A stretch of DNA of 64,000 nt, taken from Caecitellus pseudoparvulus (Eukaryota; Protista; Bigyra: Bicosoecida). The stretch is taken from assembly GCA_965644315.1 (NCBI GenBank), contig CBFFRQ010000047.1:32756-96755 (forward strand). The letters are read 5' to 3'. This document shows, piece after piece, positions 1 through 10,645 of the stretch (position 1 is its first letter; the number at the start of each line of letters is the position of its first letter). The translations under genes and the position numbers were made by a program. A model generated the notes under the pieces. The model had not been told where the DNA came from, did not search any database, and saw only the letters and a list, made by a program, of their open reading frames with translations.

Positions 1-1
1 G

Positions 2-3000
2 GGGCTGGAGCCCCGAGGGGGGGCGGCATCCCACGCTCCGCCCGCCCCCGCCTCACCCGGGGCGGCATCCCCCACCCGACCCCAGCCCTTCACCTTCCAC
101 CTGGCGTACCAACTCGCCAAGCAGACGTCAGAGCGTGCGAGGGCCCAGGCCAACGGCACATTTGGGGACCACCATGACGCGTACGACCCCCGACGCCAGA
201 CCCTGGTGGGGGTGGGGCCAGGGGATGAGCGACCCGTGCTGCCGGGGACAGGGCAGGTGCTGGTGACGGTGGACGAGCGGCCCTCCTCCCTCACTGCCAA
301 GCTGCTGGGCGTGCCGCCGCCTCTGGGCACAGCTCGCCTGCTGCGACGGCGTCTGGCCGTGATGCGGGCTGCTGCGGCACGGGAGGCGGCCGGGGCGCTG
401 CCGACTGCCGTGGACATCGCCGACGCCGCCGCCGCAGACAGCCTGGCAGGGGATGCGCAGCAGCGGCACCTCCGGGCCGTCTTCAAGCGCTGTGAGCGCG
501 CGGCAGCTGAGCTGGAGGGGCGTACCGTGCCCAGCTCGGAGCCAGCGGCAGCCGCCCTGCCAAGCTACGACAGCGAAGCGCTGCCGCCCGTGGGGTCTGC
601 GACCTACCCCGCCTTTGCGCCCTCCCACGTGGACGCGGCGGCACAGGGCGACCCCCTGCACAAGCTGCTGTCCCTGGGGCACCTGGACTCCGCTGTGCAG
701 GAGGCGCTGGCAGCCTTTTTCACGGACCCCCGCAGCGGCAGCCTCGCCGCGTACGACTCGGCAGTGTGGCACCACTTGGTGCAGTCCCTGGCGCGGTACG
801 TGAGCAATCCCGAGGGCGCCTCTCGCCTCATGCAGCGTGTGAACATCGTGGGCGGGCAGACTGACGCCGTGCCCCTTCGAGAGGGGCTGGCAGCCGCCGC
901 CTCCACCGTCAGTCGACTGGGCCCCTCACGGGATGGCTCCCTGGCCTCCTCCCTGGGGGCCATGTCCGAGGGCAGGCTGAGAGCCGCCCTGGCTCAAGCG
1001 ACGGCGGCAGAGCGTAGGGGAGAGGGCGCGTCCCTCCCGCCCCCGGACTCGCCGCAGGAGACGCCTGGCGCGCAGGCCGAGGCGCCTGGGGAGGCTGGCA
1101 GCCCTAGTGACACCAAGGGCCCTGCCGTGTTCGGGTTCGACCTCCCGCGGGCTGTATCCCTGCGTGAGCTGGTGGAGAGCGCCTCGCAGACCGCCCTGCG
1201 CCACACCATGGCGGCCCTGCCGCCCCAGGCCCGTGTGGCCGCCCGCGAAGCCTGGAGCACCTTCGCTGACCCGGAGGAAGACTTGACCATGGCGGGGCTG
1301 GTGGCCGCCGCTGCGGCAGCGGAGGGGGGTAGCGGCCGCAGCCTGGCGCCCTCTGCGTCTGCCTCCTCCCTGCGTGTGCAGGCCACTGTGCTGGACGCCG
1401 TCCTGGCCCGGCGGCAGGAGCTGGAGGCACAGCGCGTGGCCCGCCGCCACGCGCGCCTGCTCGAAATCCTCACCACCCGCCACGAAGTGAATGTGGAGGC
1501 CCTGGTGCGGCAGCGCGAGACGCAGCTGCTGCGCAAGTACCACCCTGTGGCGCGCGCTGCCGCCCGGGCCGCAGCAGAGCGCATCGCCACCCGTGCCCAG
1601 CACCTCAAGGCGCGCCACGGGTGGGGCGTCCTGGCCGGAGTGCGTGTCGCTGTGCGGCGCATGCGGGCTCTGCTGGGGGACGCGGCGGTGCGGCAAGACC
1701 TCGTCCTGGCCGTCGCCCCTAACGGCCGCATCCTGCCTCTGCAGGAGCTGGCCTGCCTCGCAGCAGCGGCAGGGGCCGTTGTGCCCAGCCGTGTGGATGC
1801 CGACGGCGTGTTGGTGGATGCCCGGCAACCTGGGCGGTACCACACTGGCGCCGTGATGCGGGGTGCAGGGGGTGTGTCCGACAAGGTGGGTGCCGCCACA
1901 GGGCGTTCCGTGCCGGACGTACCCCAGGAGTACCTGCCGCACGGCTACGTGGTGCGGGACCCCGAGGACTACGGCAGGGCGGTGGTGACTGCCGCCGGTG
2001 TCCGCTTGCCGCACCAGGCGCCAGAACGCACCTTGGACCTGCACCTGGCCGGTCTCCACCCGTCACAGACACCCCAGCCGCACCACGCGCTGCTGCTGGC
2101 AGGCTACGTAGCTCGCCGGGCGGCTGATCCACCCATCGTGTCCACACGTCCCCCCGGGGATGACATGACCCAAGACGGCATTGGCGTGTGGCCTGAGGAA
2201 AGCAGGGTGCTGCTGGGGCCGTTCGCCGCCGACCACGCCCGGGGCGCACTGCCCCGCGGGCGCAATGTGCTGAAGTACAGGCCCAGCGCGGATGCCGATG
2301 GAGACCTGCGCACTCCCGATTGGTTCCTGCGGGAGTGGGGGGACCCACCCTCAGGCAGCGCCGTCATGGTGCCCACGGGGGGGCCCGATGAGCCCTGGCG
2401 CGTGCTGCGCCTGCCCATCGGAGATGGGGACCTGAACGCCCCTCGGAACAAGTCCTCTCAGCTGAAGGCCATCCGGGACACCATCTCATTCAAACCAGGG
2501 GACCCCATGGGGGACGTGTACCCCCTGGATGCGCTGGGTGGGGGGGAGGCCGGTGTGGTGGGCCTGCGCCTGGCCATGCGAGCGGCGGGCGAGGCAGCGG
2601 CGCAGTTCATGCAGGGCACACACGTGCCCTGGCGCCAGGGCCGGGCCGTCCTCACGCGCAAGCACCTGGAGGGCCTCAACACCAGCCGGGAGGTGATGGC
2701 GGGCGTGGCGCGGGGGCACATCCCCCCCGTGGGTCACGCATTGCACCCCATCCCCCGCCCCCTCCGCCCGCTGCTGGTCATCGAGCCACTGGACTTTGCC
2801 AACGACTGGGGGTACCTCCTCCTCACCTCCCTGCGCAGGGGGGTGGACATGTACACCGACGCACGCGGACGCATCATCCCGGCGGCTGCCGATGCTGGCG
2901 TGCCACTGCAGGCAGGCACGGCGTTCCGCCCGGGGGCAGTGGGGGCCGCCGATCGCCCCTCCTCCGCTGTGAACGCCGCCCACAGCACAGGCACCGCCCA

Positions 3001-6000
3001 GGCGCGGGGTGGCGCCGTGCTGCCCCCGATCACAGACCTGTACAACAGCGTGTACGATGCGCTGCGCCGGGAAATGGCTCAGTTCCTGGACAAGGAGGTG
3101 GCGGCCAACCGCCGCCGCCTGCGCCGTCAGTCCTCCAAGCGCATGCGACGGGGGCGCACAGGCAGCTTCCGGTCCATGGGGGGAGGTGCGCGCACGGGCA
3201 GCTTCCGGTCCCCGACGGGGGGCAAGCCACCCCTCACGTCCACCAGCCACGCGCCCACATCCCCCGCTGCCCAGTCACCCACCTCCCCCCCCCGGCGTAG
3301 GTCCAGTTGGGGCACCAAGGTCTCCACCAGCATGGATTCGTCAGGGGAGGAGGAGGAAGAGGGGTGGGGAGTGGCCACCGCCACCGGCACCACCGGCCTC
3401 GGACCCACCCTCATCTCCCCCTCCTCCGGCCGTGCCCAGCCCCTCCCAGCGCAGTTCACGGCACGTGTGGCGGCGAACTCTGCCCTGGCCAACGCCTGGC
3501 TCATGAAGGACTCTGCCTACGAAGGGTACGCCCTGCAACGCGCCCAGGCCGCGGCGGCGGAAGCGGAGGCAGCGACATCCTGGACCCTGTCGCCTCGCGC
3601 CGGCACGCCCACCTCCACTGCCCAAACGCCAGATGGGGCGTCCCCCGCCGCAGGCGCCTTCACTCTCACCTCTCCCGCGCCCTCCGTTTCGCCCATCACA
3701 CCACTCCAGGCAGGGGACGTCGCCGTGCCTCTGTCAGTCTCGCTAGACTCCTCGCACGGGGGTGGGGCGGCGCGCCACACCCGCGGCCACGCCATGCCGC
3801 CCCCCGCACTCTTTGTCCCCGGCTCTGGCGCCGCACAGGGCTTCTCCCAGGCACCAGACGCGCTGACGTGGGAGACACGCCCCGACGCCGCAGCCCGGCG
3901 TGCTACACAGCTGCGCGTCGCGGGGCTCGTGGCTGGGCGAGAGCACTCGGACTCGGACGGGGGGCGCTCCCCACAGCAGGATGACGCCAGCGACGGCAGC
4001 GTCTCCTCCGCCAGCAGCGCAGCCCTGGAGCCAGGGGCGGGAGCGGGGGACATGCCGCCGCCGCCGCTGGCAGCAGAGCAGCACGGGGCCTTCCACATCG
4101 AGCCCTCGCACGGCGCCCTGGAGACTGTCGAGGTGGCGGGCTCGCCCCATGATGAGGACGACACCAGCCGCATCCTGGGTGCGCTGGGCGTGAGCCAGGG
4201 TACTCCGCTCCCCCAACCTGCCCGAACGTCTGCGCCCACCCGCCCACGGTCAGGCAGGCGCAGTGGCCGGATGGGGCTGCGCCGGCGGTCCAGTCGCCGC
4301 ATGTCTGCCCGTCGCCCGCGCTCCGCCCGGACGGCGCCCTCCCTGCCGCCCATGCAGGAGGAGGAGGCGTTGTCGTGGATGCGGCAGTGGCTGGATGTGG
4401 CCGCCGCGGGGTTGCAGGGGGTGGCAGGTGCTGACATCCTGCCAGGGGGGGTGCACCACCGTACTCAGGGGGGGGGTGGCCTCGTAGACCTCAGCGTCAT
4501 GCACCCCGCCCTGCTGGAACGCATGGGCATGGGCCAGTATGTGCAGGCCCTGGCGCAGGAGGGGGTGCAGTTCCGACCCCGACCCCCCCCCATCGTGCTG
4601 CAGGGGGGGGTTTACGAGCCCGACCGCCCCCCCACACCGCCACCCCCCACCATCACCGTCAAGCCTGAGCATGCGGAAGAGGGTGCGGGCGACACGGCAA
4701 CCGCTGAGGCCAAGCTGTTTCCAGGGACCCCCCCTCTCACCCCCCTCGTGCCCCCCTCGCCCGGCAGCGTGGCCGAGTCCCTGGCATACAGCTCCGCCTC
4801 AGAGGGCAGCCTACGCAGCGAGAGGGGGTCCGCCGCTCGCCACCACATGACCACCCCTCCCCCCATCGCCCTGCCTCTGGATGCCGTGGCGGATGGGCTG
4901 TCTGGGCGCCCCTCTGCCGCCACACTGCAGTACGCTTCAGGCGTCGTGCCGCAAGAGGCGCCGTCGCCGCCTCCCCCGGAGAGCCCCCGCAGCCCCTCCG
5001 CCGAGGAGCGCGAGAGCACTCTGCCCTCGCCTGCGCCAGAGTCCTCCCCGGCAGAGGGCGGGCAGGCGCCGGGCAAGGCTGCCAAGCCGCCCACGCCGCG
5101 CACCCGTCCCCTCGTCCCCGCCTGGGCCACCCAGGAGGGCGGTGTGACCCTGCACCGCACAGCCTCCGCCCCGCCCACCGAAGGCCTGGCGTGGAGGTGG
5201 CAGCTGTCCAAAGCGCTGCAGCTGTACGCCGTGCCTGGCCAGGCGCCCGGTGTGCCCTGGGATGACGCAGCGCTGGACATGCCCCGCGTACACTCGGACG
5301 GGTCCATCATGTCCCATCCCCTGCAAGTGGGGGGTGCTCCCACTGAGGGCAGTGACACTGGCCTCGGCAGCCGCCGCGTCGAGTCCCCACCTCACTCGCC
5401 TGGCCAGGAAGTGGGCGGCGGCGCACGTGCTGGGGCGTTGGCCTCCTGGGCCTCCGCCTCCGGTGCTTCCTTCTTCACACAGGACCACCTGCCCCTCCTG
5501 CTGCGTGTGCCGGCCCACACCCAGCTCCCGCTACCTGGGTCGTCGGTGCCGGAAGACGGGGAGGTGGAGGCTGCGCTCAGCAACCGCCCACATAGCGCAG
5601 GCGCCACCACTACGCGCGCCTTCCTCACACGCCCCGCCACCACCCGGGGACAAGGGCGCAGCTCGTGGGTGGTGCGGGGCTTCGGCCCCCGCGTCCTGCA
5701 CGAAGCCGCCCGTATGCACCGCTCCACCTCCTTGCACCGGGCCGCGTCCCTGCCCGACCTCACCCCCCCTGCCCGCCTGCTGACAGAGCGCTCAGGCAGC
5801 CGCCAAGGCGCCGTGCCGCCTGACCTACAGGAGCTCCTGGCCACCATGCTGGCGGCGCAGGGTGTGCCGGGGCAGTCACTGCAGGTGTGTCTGCGCAGCG
5901 ACGTCACCTTCCACCACCCCGTGCCGCAGCCAACCCCGGCGCCTGCCCCCCCTGCCAGCCCCTTTGCTGCCTCGGAGCCGGTGCACCTGCCCCTGGCTAC

Positions 6001-8944
6001 CCGCGACGCACCTGCACCTGCACCTGCACCTACACCAGCACCTGCAATAGCGTCGGCGCGCACACCCGCCACTCCCACCGCCTTTGCGGACAGGGCTGAG
6101 CTGCGACGCATCCCCTCCTCCACTGCCGAGTCCCTGGAGGAGGGCCAGGAGGGACCCGGCAGCGTAGCGCAGTGGGGCCGCAGTGGGTACAGCCCCTCCT
6201 CCACGTCCAGTCTGGCGGGCGCGGGGGGTGAGGCGCGCACCACGCCATCTGAGTTGCTGGTGCGAGAACCGGCCGACCCGCGCCCGGCCACACACACAGC
6301 AGCCGCCGCCAGGCCACACCGACCCCGCAAGGCCCCTGCCCGGCCCCGGCCCAGGAAGTACACGCTGGCGCCGGAGGTGGCGCCCTCCCCCCCTCGCCAG
6401 CCCAAGGTCCTCCTACAGGACCTGGCCAGCGGCCTGGACGCGACATCGCCAGCCCCGCCAGTGGACTCCGACCCCACCCCCGCCCTGCCGCCTGTCCTGT
6501 CCCAGGCGCAGTGGATGTGGATGCAGCCGGAGCTGCAGCGCCAGTACCTCCTGCAGGCAGTGGCGGAGCTGGACGCACAGGCCCTGCCCCCTGCCCCGGG
6601 CGGCGTGACGCGGGACATGCTGCCCTTCCTGCGCCGCGCGCTGAGCCAGCAGATCATCGCGCGGGAGACCATCCTCATGCGCCTGCGCACGTACCTCCGT
6701 GGCGTGCCCGCCGTCGGCATGCACTTCAGGCAGTTCGTGGCCATGTTCGAGCCGGATGCTGCTCTGGCCAGCACAGTGCTGGACCCGTCTGGTGCATCGC
6801 ACACCGCTGACGCCACCCCAGAGCCGCCACTGCTGGACACGGTGCGAGAGTACCTTGCAGCCCAGGAGCTGGGCGGAGTCCAGCTGGGGCGGGATCAGCA
6901 TCCGCAGCACTCTGTTGCCGCCGCCCCCGCCCGGCAGAGCCAGGCCCCCATGAGTCAGCATGTGTACGCTGCGTCACACCCCGTCATGCACCGCATGCTG
7001 ACACACCTGCACGCTACCGGCCTCGCCATCGGCCGCCTCATTGCACGTGTGCGCCAGCGTGCCCTGGCCCGCGCAAGCCAGGATGCTGGGGCACTGCCCA
7101 CTGCACAGGCTGCCCCCGGCGGGGCGGAGGCTGAACGGGCCCTCGCGGCCACTGCCACGGCCATGGCACAGAGCATGCTGCCACCACCCGATGCGGCAGC
7201 ACACCTGGTCAGCTTCGCAGAGGGCGCCGCGGAGCCGTGGTTCGCCTGTGAGCCGTACGTGGACAAGATGCGGCGGGATGCCGCTGATGCGTTTTACGTC
7301 GCCGAAACGCAGCGCATCATGCGCGGCAAGGGGCAGCCACCGCGCAAAGCCTCCGCCATCGGCGCCCTGGCCAGCGCCCCCTCCTTTGCCCGGGACACTG
7401 AGCAGGCGGCACACGACAACGCGCTGGAGGTGCTGACCATCACGGGCCTGCAGGGCAGTGCCACCGCGCGCTATGAGTCGGCTGTTGGCGGGCTGGACCC
7501 CATGGGCGGCGAAGTGGCTGAGGCTCAGCGGGGAGTCCGCCAGCGAGGAGGACCGCTACCCCCCCCTGAGGCGCGGGGGTTGCTGCGCCCCACCGTCGTC
7601 GCACCACCGCGGGAAGGAGAGCTGTCAGCCAAGCTGAGCCTAGACCTGGATGTGGCTCCGCCTGTGCCACCCCACCCTCGAGGGGGGGAGGCGGGCAGTG
7701 TCACGTGGGTGGCGGAGGAGGGGGGGGAGGCGCTCGTGCGCCCCACCCCCACCATGTACACCCGCAGGACACCCAGCGCCGCCTCTCCCAGCCACAGCGC
7801 GGCGGGTCGGCGTGGAGGGGGGCGCTTCCAGGACCTGCGCAAGCACATCTACCAACGCCGCTCCCAGACAAACATACACAGCGCCACAGCTGGTGCAGAC
7901 CCGCACCACCACCTGGTGCACCACCGTCGGCGTCAAGACCCGGAAGCCGACGCCGCCCCAGCGCCAGAGCAGACGCCTTCTCCTCACGATGCCGCCTGGA
8001 TCGCCGCAGAGAACGCCAAAGCAGACGTATTCGGGGAGGAGGGGGGGGGCACTGCTGTGCCTGCTCAGCCAAGGGGCGGTGCCACCTCTTCCCCGGAAGC
8101 TGCCGCTCCCCCCACGCCCCTCGTCCCAGCCCACGTGTACATGACGGAGGCACACACTGCGCCGGCTCAAGCTGAGGACAGCACGCTGGCCTACGTGCCC
8201 TCTGGTGTGGACATGCCTGTGCTGCTGCCCACTCAAGTTGCCGGGGCGCGGCGGGGTCGCCCGGCATCGGCGCAAGGCCGACTCCGCACTGCCCCCCCCG
8301 CACCGGCACCGCACAGTCAAGCCAAGTTCATTGTCTCTACACCCAGCACCCTGGCCCGTCTCAAAGCCCAGCAGCGGGCACAGGCACAGCCTCCTTCGCA
8401 GCACGGCCAGGCCCCCTCAGCAGGGACAGGGCGCACCCCCGCCCTCGACCGCCCCGCGTCAGCCCGCGCCAGGTACAAGGCCAACGAAGCTGCGCGGGAA
8501 GCTGCCCAGGAGAGCCTGGCCATGGCGGGCGCGAAGCTCCTCGCCCGGCAGAGGGCGCAGGCACGGCGGCGTGCCCGGCCAGCCAGCGGCAGGCGGCGCG
8601 CGAAGAGTCGGCGGAGCAAGGCGGCAGCAGAAGCGCGGGCCGTGCCAGAGCCAGACGTGGACTTCACCGGGCTGGGCCTCAGCGCCAGTGTGCAGCAGCT
8701 GCTGGCAGACCCCCAGGCCGTGGGAGGGGAGGAGCACGACTTGCTGTGGGATGACGCAGAGTCTGCGGCGCCGGACCCGGTGCCGGAGGAGCCGGATGGG
8801 AGCCAGGCAGCCACAGCCCGACACCGCCTCCGCGCCGCTGTGCAGGGCGCGCCCCCGCCTCAGAAGCCGCCGCCCATGGTGCGCCGGGGCGCCGACAAGC
8901 GAGGTGCACGCCGCCTGGTGAAGGCGCTGGTGGGCCTGCACTGA
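2..8944 (+). CDS. Giant (>2900 aa) intronless low-complexity protein of unknown function, 5'-truncated
   Basis: The frame of ORF 206..8944 is already open from position 2 (GLEPRGGAASH...), so the start lies upstream of the window. No stop for 8.9 kb. Rich in Ala/Pro/Ser/Arg with short helical islands and many RPx[ST] motifs. No recognisable domain. Confidence 0.75.
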   Translation, partial: GLEPRGGAASHAPPAPASPGAASPTRPQPFTFHLAYQLAKQTSERARAQANGTFGDHHDAYDPRRQTLVGVGPGDERPVLPGTGQVLVTVDERPSSLTAKLLGVPPPLGTARLLRRRLAVMRAAAAREAAGALPTAVDIADAAAADSLAGDAQQRHLRAVFKRCERAAAELEGRTVPSSEPAAAALPSYDSEALPPVGSATYPAFAPSHVDAAAQGDPLHKLLSLGHLDSAVQEALAAFFTDPRSGSLAAYDSAVWHHLVQSLARYVSNPEGASRLMQRVNIVGGQTDAVPLREGLAAAASTVSRLGPSRDGSLASSLGAMSEGRLRAALAQATAAERRGEGASLPPPDSPQETPGAQAEAPGEAGSPSDTKGPAVFGFDLPRAVSLRELVESASQTALRHTMAALPPQARVAAREAWSTFADPEEDLTMAGLVAAAAAAEGGSGRSLAPSASASSLRVQATVLDAVLARRQELEAQRVARRHARLLEILTTRHEVNVEALVRQRETQLLRKYHPVARAAARAAAERIATRAQHLKARHGWGVLAGVRVAVRRMRALLGDAAVRQDLVLAVAPNGRILPLQELACLAAAAGAVVPSRVDADGVLVDARQPGRYHTGAVMRGAGGVSDKVGAATGRSVPDVPQEYLPHGYVVRDPEDYGRAVVTAAGVRLPHQAPERTLDLHLAGLHPSQTPQPHHALLLAGYVARRAADPPIVSTRPPGDDMTQDGIGVWPEESRVLLGPFAADHARGALPRGRNVLKYRPSADADGDLRTPDWFLREWGDPPSGSAVMVPTGGPDEPWRVLRLPIGDGDLNAPRNKSSQLKAIRDTISFKPGDPMGDVYPLDALGGGEAGVVGLRLAMRAAGEAAAQFMQGTHVPWRQGRAVLTRKHLEGLNTSREVMAGVARGHIPPVGHALHPIPRPLRPLLVIEPLDFANDWGYLLLTSLRRGVDMYTDARGRIIPAAADAGVPLQAGTAFRPGAVGAADRPSSAVNAAHSTGTAQARGGAVLPPITDLYNSVYDALRREMAQFLDKEVAANRRRLRRQSSKRMRRGRTGSFRSMGGGARTGSFRSPTGGKPPLTSTSHAPTSPAAQSPTSPPRRRSSWGTKVSTSMDSSGEEEEEGWGVATATGTTGLGPTLISPSSGRAQPLPAQFTARVAANSALANAWLMKDSAYEGYALQRAQAAAAEAEAATSWTLSPRAGTPTSTAQTPDGASPAAGAFTLTSPAPSVSPITPLQAGDVAVPLSVSLDSSHGGGAARHTRGHAMPPPALFVPGSGAAQGFSQAPDALTWETRPDAAARRATQLRVAGLVAGREHSDSDGGRSPQQDDASDGSVSSASSAALEPGAGAGDMPPPPLAAEQHGAFHIEPSHGALETVEVAGSPHDEDDTSRILGALGVSQGTPLPQPARTSAPTRPRSGRRSGRMGLRRRSSRRMSARRPRSARTAPSLPPMQEEEALSWMRQWLDVAAAGLQGVAGADILPGGVHHRTQGGGGLVDLSVMHPALLERMGMGQYVQALAQEGVQFRPRPPPIVLQGGVYEPDRPPTPPPPTITVKPEHAEEGAGDTATAEAKLFPGTPPLTPLVPPSPGSVAESLAYSSASEGSLRSERGSAARHHMTTPPPIALPLDAVADGLSGRPSAATLQYASGVVPQEAPSPPPPESPRSPSAEERESTLPSPAPESSPAEGGQAPGKAAKPPTPRTRPLVPAWATQEGGVTLHRTASAPPTEGLAWRWQLSKALQLYAVPGQAPGVPWDDAALDMPRVHSDGSIMSHPLQVGGAPTEGSDTGLGSRRVESPPHSPGQEVGGGARAGALASWASASGASFFTQDHLPLLLRVPAHTQLPLPGSSVPEDGEVEAALSNRPHSAGATTTRAFLTRPATTRGQGRSSWVVRGFGPRVLHEAARMHRSTSLHRAASLPDLTPPARLLTERSGSRQGAVPPDLQELLATMLAAQGVPGQSLQVCLRSDVTFHHPVPQPTPAPAPPASPFAASEPVHLPLATRDAPAPAPAPTPAPAIASARTPATPTAFADRAELRRIPSSTAESLEEGQEGPGSVAQWGRSGYSPSSTSSLAGAGGEARTTPSELLVREPADPRPATHTAAAARPHRPRKAPARPRPRKYTLAPEVAPSPPRQPKVLLQDLASGLDATSPAPPVDSDPTPALPPVLSQAQWMWMQPELQRQYLLQAVAELDAQALPPAPGGVTRDMLPFLRRALSQQIIARETILMRLRTYLRGVPAVGMHFRQFVAMFEPDAALASTVLDPSGASHTADATPEPPLLDTVREYLAAQELGGVQLGRDQHPQHSVAAAPARQSQAPMSQHVYAASHPVMHRMLTHLHATGLAIGRLIARVRQRALARASQDAGALPTAQAAPGGAEAERALAATATAMAQSMLPPPDAAAHLVSFAEGAAEPWFACEPYVDKMRRDAADAFYVAETQRIMRGKGQPPRKASAIGALASAPSFARDTEQAAHDNALEVLTITGLQGSATARYESAVGGLDPMGGEVAEAQRGVRQRGGPLPPPEARGLLRPTVVAPPREGELSAKLSLDLDVAPPVPPHPRGGEAGSVTWVAEEGGEALVRPTPTMYTRRTPSAASPSHSAAGRRGGGRFQDLRKHIYQRRSQTNIHSATAGADPHHHLVHHRRRQDPEADAAPAPEQTPSPHDAAWIAAENAKADVFGEEGGGTAVPAQPRGGATSSPEAAAPPTPLVPAHVYMTEAHTAPAQAEDSTLAYVPSGVDMPVLLPTQVAGARRGRPASAQGRLRTAPPAPAPHSQAKFIVSTPSTLARLKAQQRAQAQPPSQHGQAPSAGTGRTPALDRPASARARYKANEAAREAAQESLAMAGAKLLARQRAQARRRARPASGRRRAKSRRSKAAAEARAVPEPDVDFTGLGLSASVQQLLADPQAVGGEEHDLLWDDAESAAPDPVPEEPDGSQAATARHRLRAAVQGAPPPQKPPPMVRRGADKRGARRLVKALVGLH

Positions 8945-8980
8945 ATGCACAGACACTCTCACACACACATTCCCGCCCAC

Positions 8981-10645
8981 TCACAGCCGGGCCCGCATCA
9001 AAATGGAGCTTGCCAGGCGGGCGGCCCACTTGGCAGCAGGTGCAGACAGGCGGGGAGGGGGGCGGGGCGAGTGCCCACCGGACAGAGCTGCCTGGACCCC
9101 GGCGCTGGGGGGGCGTGTCCAGCCCCCCCCCTTGACCAGGTCCAGGTGCAGATGGCGCCCCAGCGCCGCAACTGCCTCCTGCCCCGTCGTGTCGTGAGGG
9201 GACACTTTGATGGTGTGCCACCCCACCCGCGCAGCAGCCTTGAGGTTGGCGCCCAGGTCGTCCAGGAACACAGTCCGCGCAGGCACAACACCCAGCGCCC
9301 CAGCCACGTGGCAGTACATGGCGGGGTCTGGCTTGCGCAGGCCCAGCTTGTAGCTTTCGAAGACGCCGTCGAACAGCGGCGCGATGGCACGCAGAACGGC
9401 CCCCGTCTCACCCGATGGGTCGGGAAAGTTGTTTGTGCAGATTGCGGTGGCGACGCCTGCTTGCCGCAGGTGCAGCACGGCAGTCAGCATGGCTGGGCGC
9501 AGCTGCATGTCACGCGTGATGCCGGCCAGCAACCCTACCCCTGAGACGCCAGGCAAGCCGTGGGCCTCGGCAGCCTTGCTGAAGGCCGTGTCAAAGCCAG
9601 GCAGGTCCAGCTCGCCCCGCTCCAGGCGCTGGAAGGGGCCCTCCTCACCCCCTCCCGCGATGAGCTTGCTCAGCGCCCCAGGCGGCAGCTGCAGCTCCCG
9701 CTCCACGCGGGACATGCCAGGAAAGGGGCTGGACATCAGCACGCCCCCCAAGTCGAACACGACGGCGTCCGCCACGCCGCCTGCCGTTGAGCCTGGCGCT
9801 GTTGCCTCGGTTGTTGCCTCGCCCCCAAACCCAGCGAAAGACCCGCCCCGCCCTGCACCAGCCGAGAAGGCAGCTGCGCCTGCGCGAGCCTCCGCCAGGC
9901 TGACGACGCCGTGTTCGTACTCTTTCTGCAGCGCCTCCGCCTGTGACGTGCAGTCGGCAGCGTCCTTCATGGCTGCCAGATCTCGCCGCATGCACGTCTG
10001 CGGGAAGGCGCACAGCTGCTCAGCCAGCGCCAGCGCCTCGGGCAGGGCTGCACCAGAGGGCACCAGGCGGTGCACCAGGCCCATGTCCAGCGCCTCTGCC
10101 GCCGGGACCGGGCGGCCCGTCAGCAGCAAGTCTGCAGCGCGAGACGCGCCCAACAGCGCCTGCAGCCGGACGGCGCCACCATCGATCAGGGGGACACCCC
10201 ATCGGCGGCAGAACACCCCAAGAACAGTGCCCTCCTCCGCAACGCGCAGGTCAGCCCACAGAGCCAGCTCCAGGCCGCCTGCCACGGCGTGTCCAGACAT
10301 GGCTGCGATGACGGGCTTGGACAGCCGCATGCGCGTCGGCCCCATGGGCGCCTGGGACAGCTGCCCATGCACAGGGGGCAGGGGAGGTTGCACAACGTTG
10401 ATGTTTTGTCCAGAAGCCACGGCCTTCAAGTCGGCGCCTGCACAGAACGTGCCGTGCGTGCCGGTCAACACAGCCACGCAGGCGTGCTCATCAGCATCAA
10501 ATGCCGCAAAGGCGCCGGCAAGCAGCTCAGCGGTGGGGGCGTCCACTGCGTTCCGAGCCCCAGGCCGATTCAATGCGATGATCCAAACCTTCCCATCATG
10601 CACCTTCTCCACCAGCACTGGTGCCTGGGAATCATCGCTTGCCAT
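8981..10645 (-). CDS. Enoyl-CoA hydratase/crotonase-family domain fused to a HAD-family phosphatase domain, with C-terminal PTS1 (ARL)
   Basis: Crotonase motifs LNRPGARNA, FCAGADLK, AVAGGLELA. HAD motifs AVVFDLGGVL, KPDPAMY, VFLDDLGANLKAA. Protein ends ...RARL*. Single exon, 554 aa. Confidence 0.9.
   Translation of the reverse strand: MASDDSQAPVLVEKVHDGKVWIIALNRPGARNAVDAPTAELLAGAFAAFDADEHACVAVLTGTHGTFCAGADLKAVASGQNINVVQPPLPPVHGQLSQAPMGPTRMRLSKPVIAAMSGHAVAGGLELALWADLRVAEEGTVLGVFCRRWGVPLIDGGAVRLQALLGASRAADLLLTGRPVPAAEALDMGLVHRLVPSGAALPEALALAEQLCAFPQTCMRRDLAAMKDAADCTSQAEALQKEYEHGVVSLAEARAGAAAFSAGAGRGGSFAGFGGEATTEATAPGSTAGGVADAVVFDLGGVLMSSPFPGMSRVERELQLPPGALSKLIAGGGEEGPFQRLERGELDLPGFDTAFSKAAEAHGLPGVSGVGLLAGITRDMQLRPAMLTAVLHLRQAGVATAICTNNFPDPSGETGAVLRAIAPLFDGVFESYKLGLRKPDPAMYCHVAGALGVVPARTVFLDDLGANLKAAARVGWHTIKVSPHDTTGQEAVAALGRHLHLDLVKGGGWTRPPSAGVQAALSGGHSPRPPPRLSAPAAKWAARLASSILMRARL

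Noticed and set aside
6008-6046. GCACCT hexamer run, plus RS-coding repeats (~43840-43890) and GAGGGGGGC repeats (~49145-49185)
   Set aside because: Ordinary coding microsatellites in low-complexity protein regions.
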